DNA from: a virus
Length of the DNA: 56,377 nucleotides
Virus record (IMG/VR): IMGVR_UViG_3300024254_000001
Location: 1-56,377 of that record
Direction: 5' to 3' (one strand)
Shown here: in pieces, positions 7,187 through 14,989 of the stretch
How the letters are laid out: each line of letters opens with the position of its first letter
How positions within the stretch are numbered: the first letter of the stretch is position 1
Notes under the pieces: generated by a model
Database searches by the model: none
What the model saw: the letters and a program-made list of their open reading frames with translations, nothing else
Told to the model about the DNA's origin: nothing
Program-made: the position numbers and the translations under genes

Positions 7187-7660
7187 ATGAATTCCCTCGC
7201 TCTACCGCATAACTCCAAACCAGAACGTAAACGCCCAAACCGCTCAGAAGCCAAAATTGTCGGCAATGCCCGCCAAATCATGCACCTCATGCACCTCGAC
7301 GCACTCAACCCAAAGACCACACCAGCTATCCGGGCCACGATTGCCCGCTCCTACGCTCTGTTAGGCGATGCGATTCGAGTGTGGCGTGGCATTCCTTCCC
7401 CCGGTCAATTGCGCCCCGACCTTGACCCGCTCCAGCTTGCGAAAGCTTTGAAGCGTCAGCGTTCGCGGAGTGGCGTCACCGACATCGGAAGCACCTCGCA
7501 CTTCGAAGCACCGAACGAGGAAGCACCAGCATCGCCAGAAAAAGAGACGACGAAGCAAGAGCAGAAGACCGAGACGCCGCCGACCGATGGAAAAACTTCA
7601 AAGGAATCTCTTTCGGAGGGGGGGGCCGTCACCACGGGACCGGGAGGGGGAGGGAAGTGA
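7187..7660 (+). CDS. Hypothetical protein with a low-complexity acidic/Gly C-terminus
   Basis: ORF divergent from the early-left block. The ATG at 7187 was chosen over the GTG at 7157. No recognisable motif. Confidence 0.55.
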   Translation: MNSLALPHNSKPERKRPNRSEAKIVGNARQIMHLMHLDALNPKTTPAIRATIARSYALLGDAIRVWRGIPSPGQLRPDLDPLQLAKALKRQRSRSGVTDIGSTSHFEAPNEEAPASPEKETTKQEQKTETPPTDGKTSKESLSEGGAVTTGPGGGGK

Positions 7661-7672
7661 GGGGGGAGGGGG
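7642..7672 (+). other. G-quadruplex-forming tract
   Basis: GGGAGGGGGAGGGAAGTGAGGGGGGAGGGGG has five G3+ runs with 1-6-nt loops and spans the stop codon at 7658-7660. An extra G8 run lies at 7618-7625. GGGGG(7668-72)...CCCCC(7685-89) can also form a hairpin. Confidence 0.6.
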
Positions 7673-7774
7673 CTTTACTGACAACCCCCGATCTTATGTG
7701 CCTACCCGTATGCGAGGGTTGGATTACCTGGAGAGTGCTTGCTGGATGAGCGACTGGAGGTGACCCGAGGAGCC

Positions 7775-7953
7775 TGTCTGCGGACAGTCTGTGGACAGTT
7801 GGTGGGTTGAGGTTGTTGAGGTTTGCGGAATGAGGAGAAATCCCCCCTGTACCCCCTGTATGTGTCTGTGTAGCGGACGGGTGTGGACGAAAATGGACTA
7901 TCCACCGGATTTGTCCTTGCATGTCTCAGGTGGGTGGACAAGTCTTAGGACAA
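7775..7953. repeat. Iteron-like array of GGAC(A/G)(A/G) cores plus short direct repeats in a 290-bp non-coding gap
   Basis: GGAC cores lie at 7782, 7793, 7875, 7885, 7895, 7935 and 7948, with an inverted copy at 7912. CTGTC..GACAG is a palindrome at 7775-7787. TTGAGGTT occurs twice (7807-7825) and CTGTA three times (7847-7872). Confidence 0.5.
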
Positions 7954-8883
7954 ATGAAAGCTACTGTGATTCACCATTCTGCTGATTTCGATGGCCTGTT
8001 CTGCCGCGAGATTGCCGGCAAGTTTCTGCCCGATGCCGAGTTGATCGGGTGGGATTATGGGGACTCCAAAATCCCGGCACCGGAGGAGGGAACTATTTAC
8101 GTTTTGGACCTGTCTCCGGTGTGCCTTGGTCCATCCGCTCAGCCGGAAGCTATAACCGCGCCGGGCCGGATGCTGGATCGGGTTATATGGATTGACCATC
8201 ACAAGAGTGCCATTGATGAATACGACCGGACGATCCCCGGGTACCGCATTGACGGTGTGGCTGCATGTCGCCTCGCGTGGCAGTGGTTTTCGATTGGTGA
8301 GCACAACGCGCAGAATCAGACCAATGAACACCTGATAATTCCTTTGCCTGGAAAGCAGGACTTCGTTGACCGCAGTGTTTCCGAACCACTGGCTGTGCGT
8401 CTCGCCGGAGAGTACGATATTTGGGACAAGCGCGATCCGGATGCTGAGTTATTTCAGGCTGGATTAAGGAGCCGCGATCTTGCTGGTGAATGGGGTTGGT
8501 CAAAGCTTCTCGGAGACGATCCGCTTGAAGCTAAAATATGCGTCAACACCCTGCTTAAAAACGGAGAGGCAATTCAGTACGCGCAGACGCAACAGAACAA
8601 ATCCATCATCACTCACGCCGGTTTCACGGTTCAGTTTGAAGGGCTGACGTTCCTCGCCTGCAATCACGCTCGATTCAACTCGCACCTGTTCACGGCGGCG
8701 ATTAGACCGGAGCATGATGCGCTCATGGGCTTTTGTTGGGACGGGAAGCAATGGAAGTTTTCGATGTATCACGCGCCTGGAAAAGAGCAGTTCGACCTTT
8801 CTGCAATCGCCAAGGCGCGTGGCGGAGGCGGGCATAAGGGCGCGTGTGGATTCCAATGTGCGACATTGCCATTTTCGTTATGA
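7954..8883 (+). CDS. DHH/DHHA1 family phosphoesterase (NrnA/RecJ-like fold)
   Basis: Contains HHSADFDG (DxD), WIDHHKS (DHH) and GGGGHKGACGF (DHHA1 GGGH). The start was set at ATG 7954 (MKATVIHH). Confidence 0.9.
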   Translation: MKATVIHHSADFDGLFCREIAGKFLPDAELIGWDYGDSKIPAPEEGTIYVLDLSPVCLGPSAQPEAITAPGRMLDRVIWIDHHKSAIDEYDRTIPGYRIDGVAACRLAWQWFSIGEHNAQNQTNEHLIIPLPGKQDFVDRSVSEPLAVRLAGEYDIWDKRDPDAELFQAGLRSRDLAGEWGWSKLLGDDPLEAKICVNTLLKNGEAIQYAQTQQNKSIITHAGFTVQFEGLTFLACNHARFNSHLFTAAIRPEHDALMGFCWDGKQWKFSMYHAPGKEQFDLSAIAKARGGGGHKGACGFQCATLPFSL

Positions 8884-9539
8884 ATACCGGGAACTGGACG
8901 AAGCTGTACGGGAACACGATTTACTCGACGGTTTGGCAGGAACCACCGGCGATACGGTGTGTGTGGATCACGATGTTGGCGATAGCGGATTTTGAGGGGT
9001 ATGTGGGGGCGAGTGTGCCTGGGTTGGCGAAGGCGGCGAATGTGAGCCTGGAGGAGACGTTAGCGGCGTTGGAGCGGTTTTGCGGGCCGGACGAGTATTC
9101 GAGGACGAGGGACCACGACGGGAGGAGAATTGAGGAGGCGTCAGGGGGATGGAAGATATTGAATTTTGTGGCGCATCGTGATGGGAATGAAGACCAGCGT
9201 GAGAAATGGGCCAGACAGAAGCGGATTCAGCGGGCGAACAAAAAGAAGCAGGTTGGGAGTGATTTTCCAACGCGCAGCAAATCGTTGCCGGGGGAGAATG
9301 CTGCGGTCAAAGCGTTGGCCAATGGTGATGCGGCTGGCGCTGAGCGGATCACGGAGGCAGCGTTGCCGGAGTCAGTCTCGATCCCCGAAGTGCCGACTCG
9401 CGAGCAGGGTCAATCAAATCACGGCAGCTTGGCCCAGTCCACTCCAGACGCAGGGAATTCAGGGAATCCTCCCGGGCCGGTTGGGCAGGAGGGCGCGGAG
9501 TCAGGCGTATGGGTGGATGGGGTGTGGGTTCCGGATTGA
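8880..9539 (+). CDS. Phage winged-helix/replisome-organizer-like protein (tentative)
   Basis: ATGA overlap with the DHH stop. WTKLYGNTIYSTVWQEPPAIRCVWITMLAIADFEGYVGASVPGLAKAANVSLEE resembles a common prophage DNA-binding N-terminal domain, from memory. Confidence 0.65.
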   Translation: MNTGNWTKLYGNTIYSTVWQEPPAIRCVWITMLAIADFEGYVGASVPGLAKAANVSLEETLAALERFCGPDEYSRTRDHDGRRIEEASGGWKILNFVAHRDGNEDQREKWARQKRIQRANKKKQVGSDFPTRSKSLPGENAAVKALANGDAAGAERITEAALPESVSIPEVPTREQGQSNHGSLAQSTPDAGNSGNPPGPVGQEGAESGVWVDGVWVPD

Positions 9540-9904
9540 TACACTTTCCCCATTATCGCGCTGCGGGCCGCTTCAAAAAACGCTGAATCACCGCACGTGT
9601 TTGGGCTGCTGGAAATGGAATACGGCAATGGGCCAGGGTGCAATGCCGATTGCATTCCTTGGGCAAACATTCGTCTCTGCTCAGCGTCAACATCATTCTG
9701 GTCGGCGGCATCTTTGTAGAGCTTGGCGTAGCACTCGAACAGGTATTGAATTTGCCGGGCGGATAAGCTGGAGGCATCGCACACGACTCGAATTGCCGCC
9801 AACAGGTCAGCAATCGCATCGCCGGTTATGGCAACGTGGTGAGTCCGGATAACTGGCTCTTGGTTGATCGCGGCTTGCGCGGCGACAGCTTGCATTTGGC
9901 TCAT
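9419..9904 (-). CDS. Hypothetical protein (161 aa)
   Basis: ORF heading the minus block. Its 3' 120 nt overlap the convergent gene 8880..9539, so one of the two C-termini is doubtful. Confidence 0.5.
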   Translation of the reverse strand: MSQMQAVAAQAAINQEPVIRTHHVAITGDAIADLLAAIRVVCDASSLSARQIQYLFECYAKLYKDAADQNDVDAEQRRMFAQGMQSALHPGPLPYSISSSPNTCGDSAFFEAARSAIMGKVYQSGTHTPSTHTPDSAPSCPTGPGGFPEFPASGVDWAKLP

Positions 9905-9908
9905 AAAT

Positions 9909-10274
9909 TTATTTGGTGAGTGCGCTCAGCATTTTCCAATGGGTCACAGCTTGTTTGGACGATGGGAATTCCGGGGTTTCGTAATCGCAGCCCGTGCAAA
10001 AAATGCGGAATTTCGGGTGCATGGGACCGTTTGAATCTGTTTCTCGGTAGAGCCTGGGCATTCTCGACCCGCAATTGTGGCACGGCAAATTCATGTAATA
10101 AAACCTGTCCTCATCACGCAGATTAAATTCTGTCTCCTCCGTGTCGGACTGAGACATTGGCTTTGAAATAACGCGCCGGATGCCCGATTGCTTGATGACC
10201 CGATCGCGCTTCAACCGGCGCATCTCCCGGGCAGACGACAGGCTGGCGGTGTTGAAAAGTGGACGCTGCTTCAC
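9909..10274 (-). CDS. Zinc-ribbon protein, Lar-like (tentative)
   Basis: PCHNCGS...FCTGCDYETPEFPSSKQAVTHWKM resembles the Lar restriction-alleviation pattern (CxxC...CxxC...A..W). The GTG start overlaps the TGA of the short ORF 10271..10390. An alternative start is ATG 10157. Confidence 0.55.
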   Translation of the reverse strand: MKQRPLFNTASLSSAREMRRLKRDRVIKQSGIRRVISKPMSQSDTEETEFNLRDEDRFYYMNLPCHNCGSRMPRLYRETDSNGPMHPKFRIFCTGCDYETPEFPSSKQAVTHWKMLSALTK

Positions 10275-10292
10275 TTGGCCAGTTCAACAAAA

Positions 10293-10622
10293 TCAGCAAC
10301 CTTTTCCTTGGCTGCGATCAGCAGGTTTAGAGCCTCGGTTAGCAGTGTGTGGCAGAAGGGATTTGCGCGGCCTTTTGATTTGGATGGCATTAATCCATTG
10401 TAAGCCGGGATCGCCCTCGAAGTTAATGAACCCACGGTCGTCAAGTTCTTCCAGAATGCCCTCAGCCTGCTTGCGGTCTTTCAGGTCATAGTCAGGATCG
10501 CCAAACACTGCCTCCAAAGTCGCTTTTCGCCTCGCCGGTCGGCTTTTGCAGATGACAACGACATCCTCGTTTGGGTTCTCGCCTTTTATGACGAGTAAGT
10601 AATTCAGCGTTTTCGCGTTCAT
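10293..10622 (-). CDS. Hypothetical protein (109 aa); the C-terminus may be mis-framed
   Basis: ORF from the track. A conserved helix-coding segment (10284-10355) lies in another frame; see findings. Confidence 0.55.
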   Translation of the reverse strand: MNAKTLNYLLVIKGENPNEDVVVICKSRPARRKATLEAVFGDPDYDLKDRKQAEGILEELDDRGFINFEGDPGLQWINAIQIKRPRKSLLPHTANRGSKPADRSQGKGC

Positions 10623-11279
10623 TCAAAATGCCTCATCCGGGTCCATCCAGATCAACCCGCCCAGACGGAAATATTGTTGCGGCTGGTTTTCCAGGGCGAA
10701 GTCCACCGGCAGATTGAAGTCTGCTCCCGGCAGGTAGTACGCGTTGAAAAGGTTTGTCCCGCTCCGATACACCGCCCAAAGCTGGCCTTGCGAAGAATCG
10801 TTGTCAAAGACACTCACGGTCAAAGTGGTTTGCCATTGGCCGGAGAGATCGGTTTTGCACTGCACGCACCATTTGGATTTGCTCGTGAATTCCCCGCCCA
10901 TCACCGGGTCAGGGAAATGGTAAGCCGTGATGTCGTAACGCGGTACGTCCTCGACGTCAATTTTGAGCAGAGAGCTTTGGGGCGCTTGCAACCAAAGATG
11001 ATGAGGCGGCGGATTGGTCACCGGTGGACGGCTGGGGGGCGGGGAGGGGGGTGAATTCGTTCCGCCGTTATTGGGTGGCGGTAACGAGGGCAGCTTTTTG
11101 CATATCTTGAGCAACCCCCATACGATGACGGCTCCAACCGCCAGGACGGCACACGCGAGGAAAAGGAGTTTCGGTTGAGGCGGCGGCGGGGGTGGCGGGT
11201 CTTTGGGCTGCGCGATGCACGGCGTGGCAAACGAGATTACGAGCAGGAGCGTGACGATGTATTTAATGAGCGTGTTCAT
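10623..11279 (-). CDS. Exported/membrane protein with proline-rich segments (218 aa)
   Basis: The start was set at MNTLIKYIVTLLLVISFATPCIAQ (signal-like). This is followed by PPPPPPP, a hydrophobic helix LLFLACAVLAVGAVIVWGLL, and PSPPPSRPPVTNPPP. Confidence 0.65.
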   Translation of the reverse strand: MNTLIKYIVTLLLVISFATPCIAQPKDPPPPPPPQPKLLFLACAVLAVGAVIVWGLLKICKKLPSLPPPNNGGTNSPPSPPPSRPPVTNPPPHHLWLQAPQSSLLKIDVEDVPRYDITAYHFPDPVMGGEFTSKSKWCVQCKTDLSGQWQTTLTVSVFDNDSSQGQLWAVYRSGTNLFNAYYLPGADFNLPVDFALENQPQQYFRLGGLIWMDPDEAF

Positions 11280-11458
11280 TTTTTGATGATTAAGGCTGCG
11301 GTTGCTACGGTGAAGGTGACTGCTCCAAGACATTGCAGAATGAAAAAGCTCGTTGAAAAAGGGACATCGGCACGGGCGGCGTAGAGGACAAGACCAGCGT
11401 AGAGAATCATGGCGGCGAGGAATAGAAGACGGCGACCGAGCGGACTCAATTGGTTCAT
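11276..11458 (-). CDS. Small membrane protein with two predicted TM segments (60 aa)
   Basis: The sequence is hydrophobic (LLFLAAMILYAGLVLYAA ... FFILQCLGAVTFTVATAALII). The stop overlaps the next ATG. Confidence 0.6.
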   Translation of the reverse strand: MNQLSPLGRRLLFLAAMILYAGLVLYAARADVPFSTSFFILQCLGAVTFTVATAALIIKK

Positions 11459-11754
11459 GCAAATCCTTTCATTGGGACGTTCTCCGAGATAACCGCGATG
11501 ATGTTGCGAACGTCAGTGATTACGATCTTGTCCGGGAATTCATGCGCGTGCTCCGCTCCGGCCCTGATGATGACGTGCGAACCGTTTTGCACATGACCCT
11601 CATTCTGCCTCCAGGCGAGTTCGCTCATGTTGATGACGAGCCATTGAGTACGATCGTCCATGCGGGCCATGTCGTAATGAATCCCCCCGTCAGAGCGATT
11701 GCGCAAAAGCGGCTGGAGCGCCACAAGGTTTTTGGTCAGGCGAAGTGTTCTCAC
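11455..11754 (-). CDS. Hypothetical protein (99 aa)
   Basis: ORF with 4-nt overlaps to both neighbours. Confidence 0.6.
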   Translation of the reverse strand: MRTLRLTKNLVALQPLLRNRSDGGIHYDMARMDDRTQWLVINMSELAWRQNEGHVQNGSHVIIRAGAEHAHEFPDKIVITDVRNIIAVISENVPMKGFA

Positions 11755-11951
11755 GGCTTGTCCCAGTGGAACCCCGGTCCAGGGTTGGGCTTCTCAACCA
11801 TCCCGGCAGCGATAGCGGCCCGCTCCGTTTGCTGATGCTCTCTAACACAGAAGGCAATCAACACGATGATCAGGACAACACTGGCGAGCACGGTAGCGGC
11901 CCAAGTCAAATGAGTTTTAAAGTCGGTCATAACGTTTTGGAAATCACGCAA
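11751..11951 (-). CDS. Small single-pass membrane protein
   Basis: TM segment WAATVLASVVLIIVLIAFCV. The start may be ATG 11930. Confidence 0.55.
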   Translation of the reverse strand: MRDFQNVMTDFKTHLTWAATVLASVVLIIVLIAFCVREHQQTERAAIAAGMVEKPNPGPGFHWDKP

Positions 11952-12198
11952 GCGTCACGCATGGGACGTGCAAAGGAACTTGTATGAATGGTGAGGGTTC
12001 CACCGCTCGCGCTAAATTGTGGGGCACCCGCCCCGGTTGTTAGGGTTTTGCTCTGATTGGTCACAATGCTACTCCCGCAAGCCGGTGACGACAGACGGTT
12101 TTGCGATCAGAATTCCGTTGGCGCGTGCGCAGGCCATCGCAACCCGCAACTCTGCCGTGGTTAGCAGTGTCCTCTATTGGACCAGCACGCATAAAAAA

Positions 12199-12474
12199 TC
12201 ACTCGCCGTTGCCCGCCTCATCCTTTGGGGCGAGCTTGATCTTCTCAACTTGGGCCAAGGTGTACTTTCGATCGTCGTAGGTGTAAACCTTGAGGTTGTG
12301 CCGGTGAAACAGCGTGACAAGCACCGCCGACGCCGCCGACTCCTTTTCCGCCGCATTCATCCGCCGAGTCCGATGCCCGATCAATTCGTCAAAGGCATTG
12401 TCAACCGCCTTGATTGAAACCGGACTAACGCCCTCGCCCTGCACGCCGGGCAATTCTGCTTCATTACGAGCCAT
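12199..12474 (-). CDS. Hypothetical protein (91 aa)
   Basis: ORF immediately downstream of, and overlapping, the XRE gene. Confidence 0.6.
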   Translation of the reverse strand: MARNEAELPGVQGEGVSPVSIKAVDNAFDELIGHRTRRMNAAEKESAASAVLVTLFHRHNLKVYTYDDRKYTLAQVEKIKLAPKDEAGNGE

Positions 12475-12751
12475 GATTATTTTTACCTTTCTGTTCTACT
12501 TTGATGTTTGGTTTGACTGTTTGTTCACCGATTGCTTTGAGAAAACTGGAGACGTACCACGGCAACCAGGGGCGCTTGCCCTTTTCCAAATCGCACAGGC
12601 GCGTGGCGTGGATGCCCATTTCAGCCGCAACCCACTTCTGAGAAATGCCGCGTTTCTTTCGCATTTCGGCAAGTTGCGCCCCCTTTTTGATGTTTTTTAC
12701 AACGTGTTCCAGTCTGTGTTCCAGTCTGGGTTTTAGAAACTTGTTGGACAT
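12464..12751 (-). CDS. XRE/Cro-CI family helix-turn-helix regulator
   Basis: LAEMRKKRGISQKWVAAEMGIHATRLCDLEKGKR is a typical HTH_XRE. The gene is divergent from the rightward operon. Confidence 0.85.
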   Translation of the reverse strand: MSNKFLKPRLEHRLEHVVKNIKKGAQLAEMRKKRGISQKWVAAEMGIHATRLCDLEKGKRPWLPWYVSSFLKAIGEQTVKPNIKVEQKGKNNHGS

Positions 12752-12811
12752 TTCGATTTCACGTTTACAACAACAACAGGAATGAAGTCAACAACAATTA
12801 CAAGATTTGTC

Positions 12812-12840
12812 TTGAGTTATTACGGACAACGGCGTAAAAG
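12812..12840 (+). promoter_or_regulatory. Sigma70-like promoter candidate TTGAGT-N17-TAAAAG
   Basis: Read directly. The -10 ends 10 nt before ATG 12851, implying a very short or absent leader. The architecture matches the site at 24372-24400. Confidence 0.45.
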
Positions 12841-12850
12841 TGTTTCCAAT

Positions 12851-13597
12851 ATGAGCGACACACCTGCACCAACAACGGAAATCGCCACCATTCCAGCCTC
12901 CGGCGATCTGCAACTAACCGCCACTCAACCCGCCGAAATGGCTCAATGCCAGATTTCCCTGATTGAATGGACCAAGGCAAAAATCCTCGAAATGCAGGCC
13001 GAAGAACGCGAGATGTCGGAGGCGTATGAGCAGGCAGTAAAATCAAAATGGAAGTCGGAGCCGCTCAAACGATTCTGGGCCAAGGCGGTAAAGCGGGTTG
13101 AGTTTTACAAAAAGATGCTCTCTGCCCTGGAGCACGGCTTTGTCATCATTCCCAATTTCCCGGTGACCGTGTTCGCGATCCGGACCAACAGGGAAAATCC
13201 CCTTTCGATGATGACTTATCAATGGCAGGGCAGTCACGAGCAGAAACCCGAGGGACTTCCGGAGGGAACCGGCGTGTATAAGAACCCTTTTCCGCTAGTG
13301 TTCGAACGCGAGACGTCCGCTCCAACACCGGAAAACAAAGACCGAACCGTAAAACATTTCTCGGCGGAAAGCTGGAAGGAACTGGAATTCCCCGTAACCA
13401 TGGCAAAAGCGAACATCATCGAAGTCACCAGCCGGGCCATGGCGCTGAAACTGTTCGACGACTTCGGCATCATGCCCGAGCGCAAGAAAGAAGACCCGAT
13501 CATTGTGGGCAGGCTCAAAGACCCCAGGAGCACGAAGTATCAGCCGCGATATGTAACCTTCATGGTTGCGTGGTATCTGAACACGAAAGTCTTGTGA
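12851..13597 (+). CDS. Hypothetical protein (248 aa)
   Basis: ORF-track entry 12782..13597 trimmed to ATG 12851 (MSDTPAP). Confidence 0.7.
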   Translation: MSDTPAPTTEIATIPASGDLQLTATQPAEMAQCQISLIEWTKAKILEMQAEEREMSEAYEQAVKSKWKSEPLKRFWAKAVKRVEFYKKMLSALEHGFVIIPNFPVTVFAIRTNRENPLSMMTYQWQGSHEQKPEGLPEGTGVYKNPFPLVFERETSAPTPENKDRTVKHFSAESWKELEFPVTMAKANIIEVTSRAMALKLFDDFGIMPERKKEDPIIVGRLKDPRSTKYQPRYVTFMVAWYLNTKVL

Positions 13598-13628
13598 TGT
13601 TGTCCGGACGCGAGTAATTCTTTGACCT

Positions 13629-14351
13629 GTGCCTCGCTTAAAAAACAGACAATCCCAAGTGCCAAACGGGATGGCTTTTTTCATCCCTCACATAAAATGG
13701 TCACCGCCGCCGTACATGTCCATTGACCAGATCGCTCGAAACGCGATCAGTGTTTTGCAGGCTAATCCATCGGTGGCGGCAAAGCTTGGTTGGGATTTGT
13801 CCATCCCGGCGATGTCCGATCGCGTGGACGAATATAATGCCGCCCGTTGTCTTCAACTTGGTTATGCCCAATTCGTTTTGGCTGAGGGAGGTCAGCCCGA
13901 CATTCCCCCTTTTCTAGGGCACCCGAGCCAGAACCCCAACAACCCCAGCAATCTGCAAGCTGCTGCGGCAGGCGTTAAGAAAATCTGGCAGGGTATCCGC
14001 ACAATGAACGAGTGGGCCGATGCGGGATTCCCACACGTTGAGCCAGACAAATCCACTGCGAGAGCCGCTGTTTGCATCACGTGCCCGAAGAACACCGCTG
14101 GAGACTTTTCCAGTTGGTTCACCAAGCCAGCCGCCGAGGGAATACGCCGACTCACTGAGCGAGCCAAAGGGATAAACCTCACCACGCCGCACGATGAACA
14201 GTTGAACGTGTGCGACGTCTGCCTGTGCCCGATGAAACTCAAGGTCCACATTCCGATCGAAGTGCTCCGCAACGGAACCTCGAATGAAACGCTGGCCGAA
14301 CTGCGAGCCGTAACGGGTTGCTGGATTGTCAAAGAGATTGCTGGCTCGTGA
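13629..14351 (+). CDS. Hypothetical Cys-containing protein (first gene of the enzyme operon)
   Basis: Contains CITCPKN...CDVCLCP. The start may be ATG 13671. Confidence 0.7.
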   Translation: MPRLKNRQSQVPNGMAFFIPHIKWSPPPYMSIDQIARNAISVLQANPSVAAKLGWDLSIPAMSDRVDEYNAARCLQLGYAQFVLAEGGQPDIPPFLGHPSQNPNNPSNLQAAAAGVKKIWQGIRTMNEWADAGFPHVEPDKSTARAAVCITCPKNTAGDFSSWFTKPAAEGIRRLTERAKGINLTTPHDEQLNVCDVCLCPMKLKVHIPIEVLRNGTSNETLAELRAVTGCWIVKEIAGS

Positions 14352-14989
14352 AAGTCGCTTTGGTTTACGTATTTCCCACGGTCACCCCCGAGAAATACAT
14401 TCCTGCCGCTCGCAAGTTTGTGGAGAGCTACACGCGGCACCCTCCAGGCAGTCAGGATCACGACTTGCACGTAATCATCAATGGAGAAACCGCCGTGAAC
14501 ATCGAAAGGGTAAAGCGAATCTTTGACCCTCTCTCACCGAGTTTCAGTTATCACAACAATTGGGCCAAAGATTTGGGCGCGTTCATCGTGGCGGCAGAAT
14601 CGTTGCCGTGTGACTTGCTCGTGTGCGCTGGCTCTCACGTCAATTTCTGGGCATCGGGCTGGCTGGACGTGATGACGCGCTCGTACGCGGCAATCGGGCC
14701 AGCCGTTTACGGGGCATGGGCATTCCAGGAGCCGACCCCGCACATACGGACAACGCTTTTCTGGTGTCCTCCAGAATTGCTTGCGAGCTACCCCTATCTG
14801 AAATCAGACTCGGACAGATATTCATTTGAGCATGGACCAAACAGCATCGCGCTCTGGAGCCGGAAGAAAGGGTTTGAACCTTTTCAAGTCACTTGGCGCG
14901 GAGCTTACTCCATGAAACACTGGCACGCGATTGAGTTGCAGGAAGCTCTGGCCAGGGACCAGCATACCTTGAGAGATTTTGGACAATGA
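14348..14989 (+). CDS. Unknown enzyme-like protein, paralog A (possibly glycosyltransferase-like)
   Basis: GTGA overlap with the upstream stop. It aligns by eye along its whole length with 14986..15666 (VYVFP, D.GAF..AA, GWL, H.RTT.FWC.P.L, RY..EHGP). Confidence 0.8.
   Translation: MKVALVYVFPTVTPEKYIPAARKFVESYTRHPPGSQDHDLHVIINGETAVNIERVKRIFDPLSPSFSYHNNWAKDLGAFIVAAESLPCDLLVCAGSHVNFWASGWLDVMTRSYAAIGPAVYGAWAFQEPTPHIRTTLFWCPPELLASYPYLKSDSDRYSFEHGPNSIALWSRKKGFEPFQVTWRGAYSMKHWHAIELQEALARDQHTLRDFGQ

Noticed and set aside
10623-11462. Long 279-aa version of the exported protein, and long versions 4835-5284, 6882-7175, 5136-6221 and 507-1007
   Set aside because: The 5' extensions overlap upstream genes or contain the conserved leader or promoter motifs. 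Internal starts with ATGA/GTGA coupling, or with the motif at the right distance, fit better.
12752-12850. XRE regulator plus divergent promoter as proof of a temperate lifestyle
   Set aside because: No integrase, excisionase with a clear motif, partition genes or CI-like repressor with a peptidase domain were seen. An XRE-type regulator alone does not establish lysogeny.
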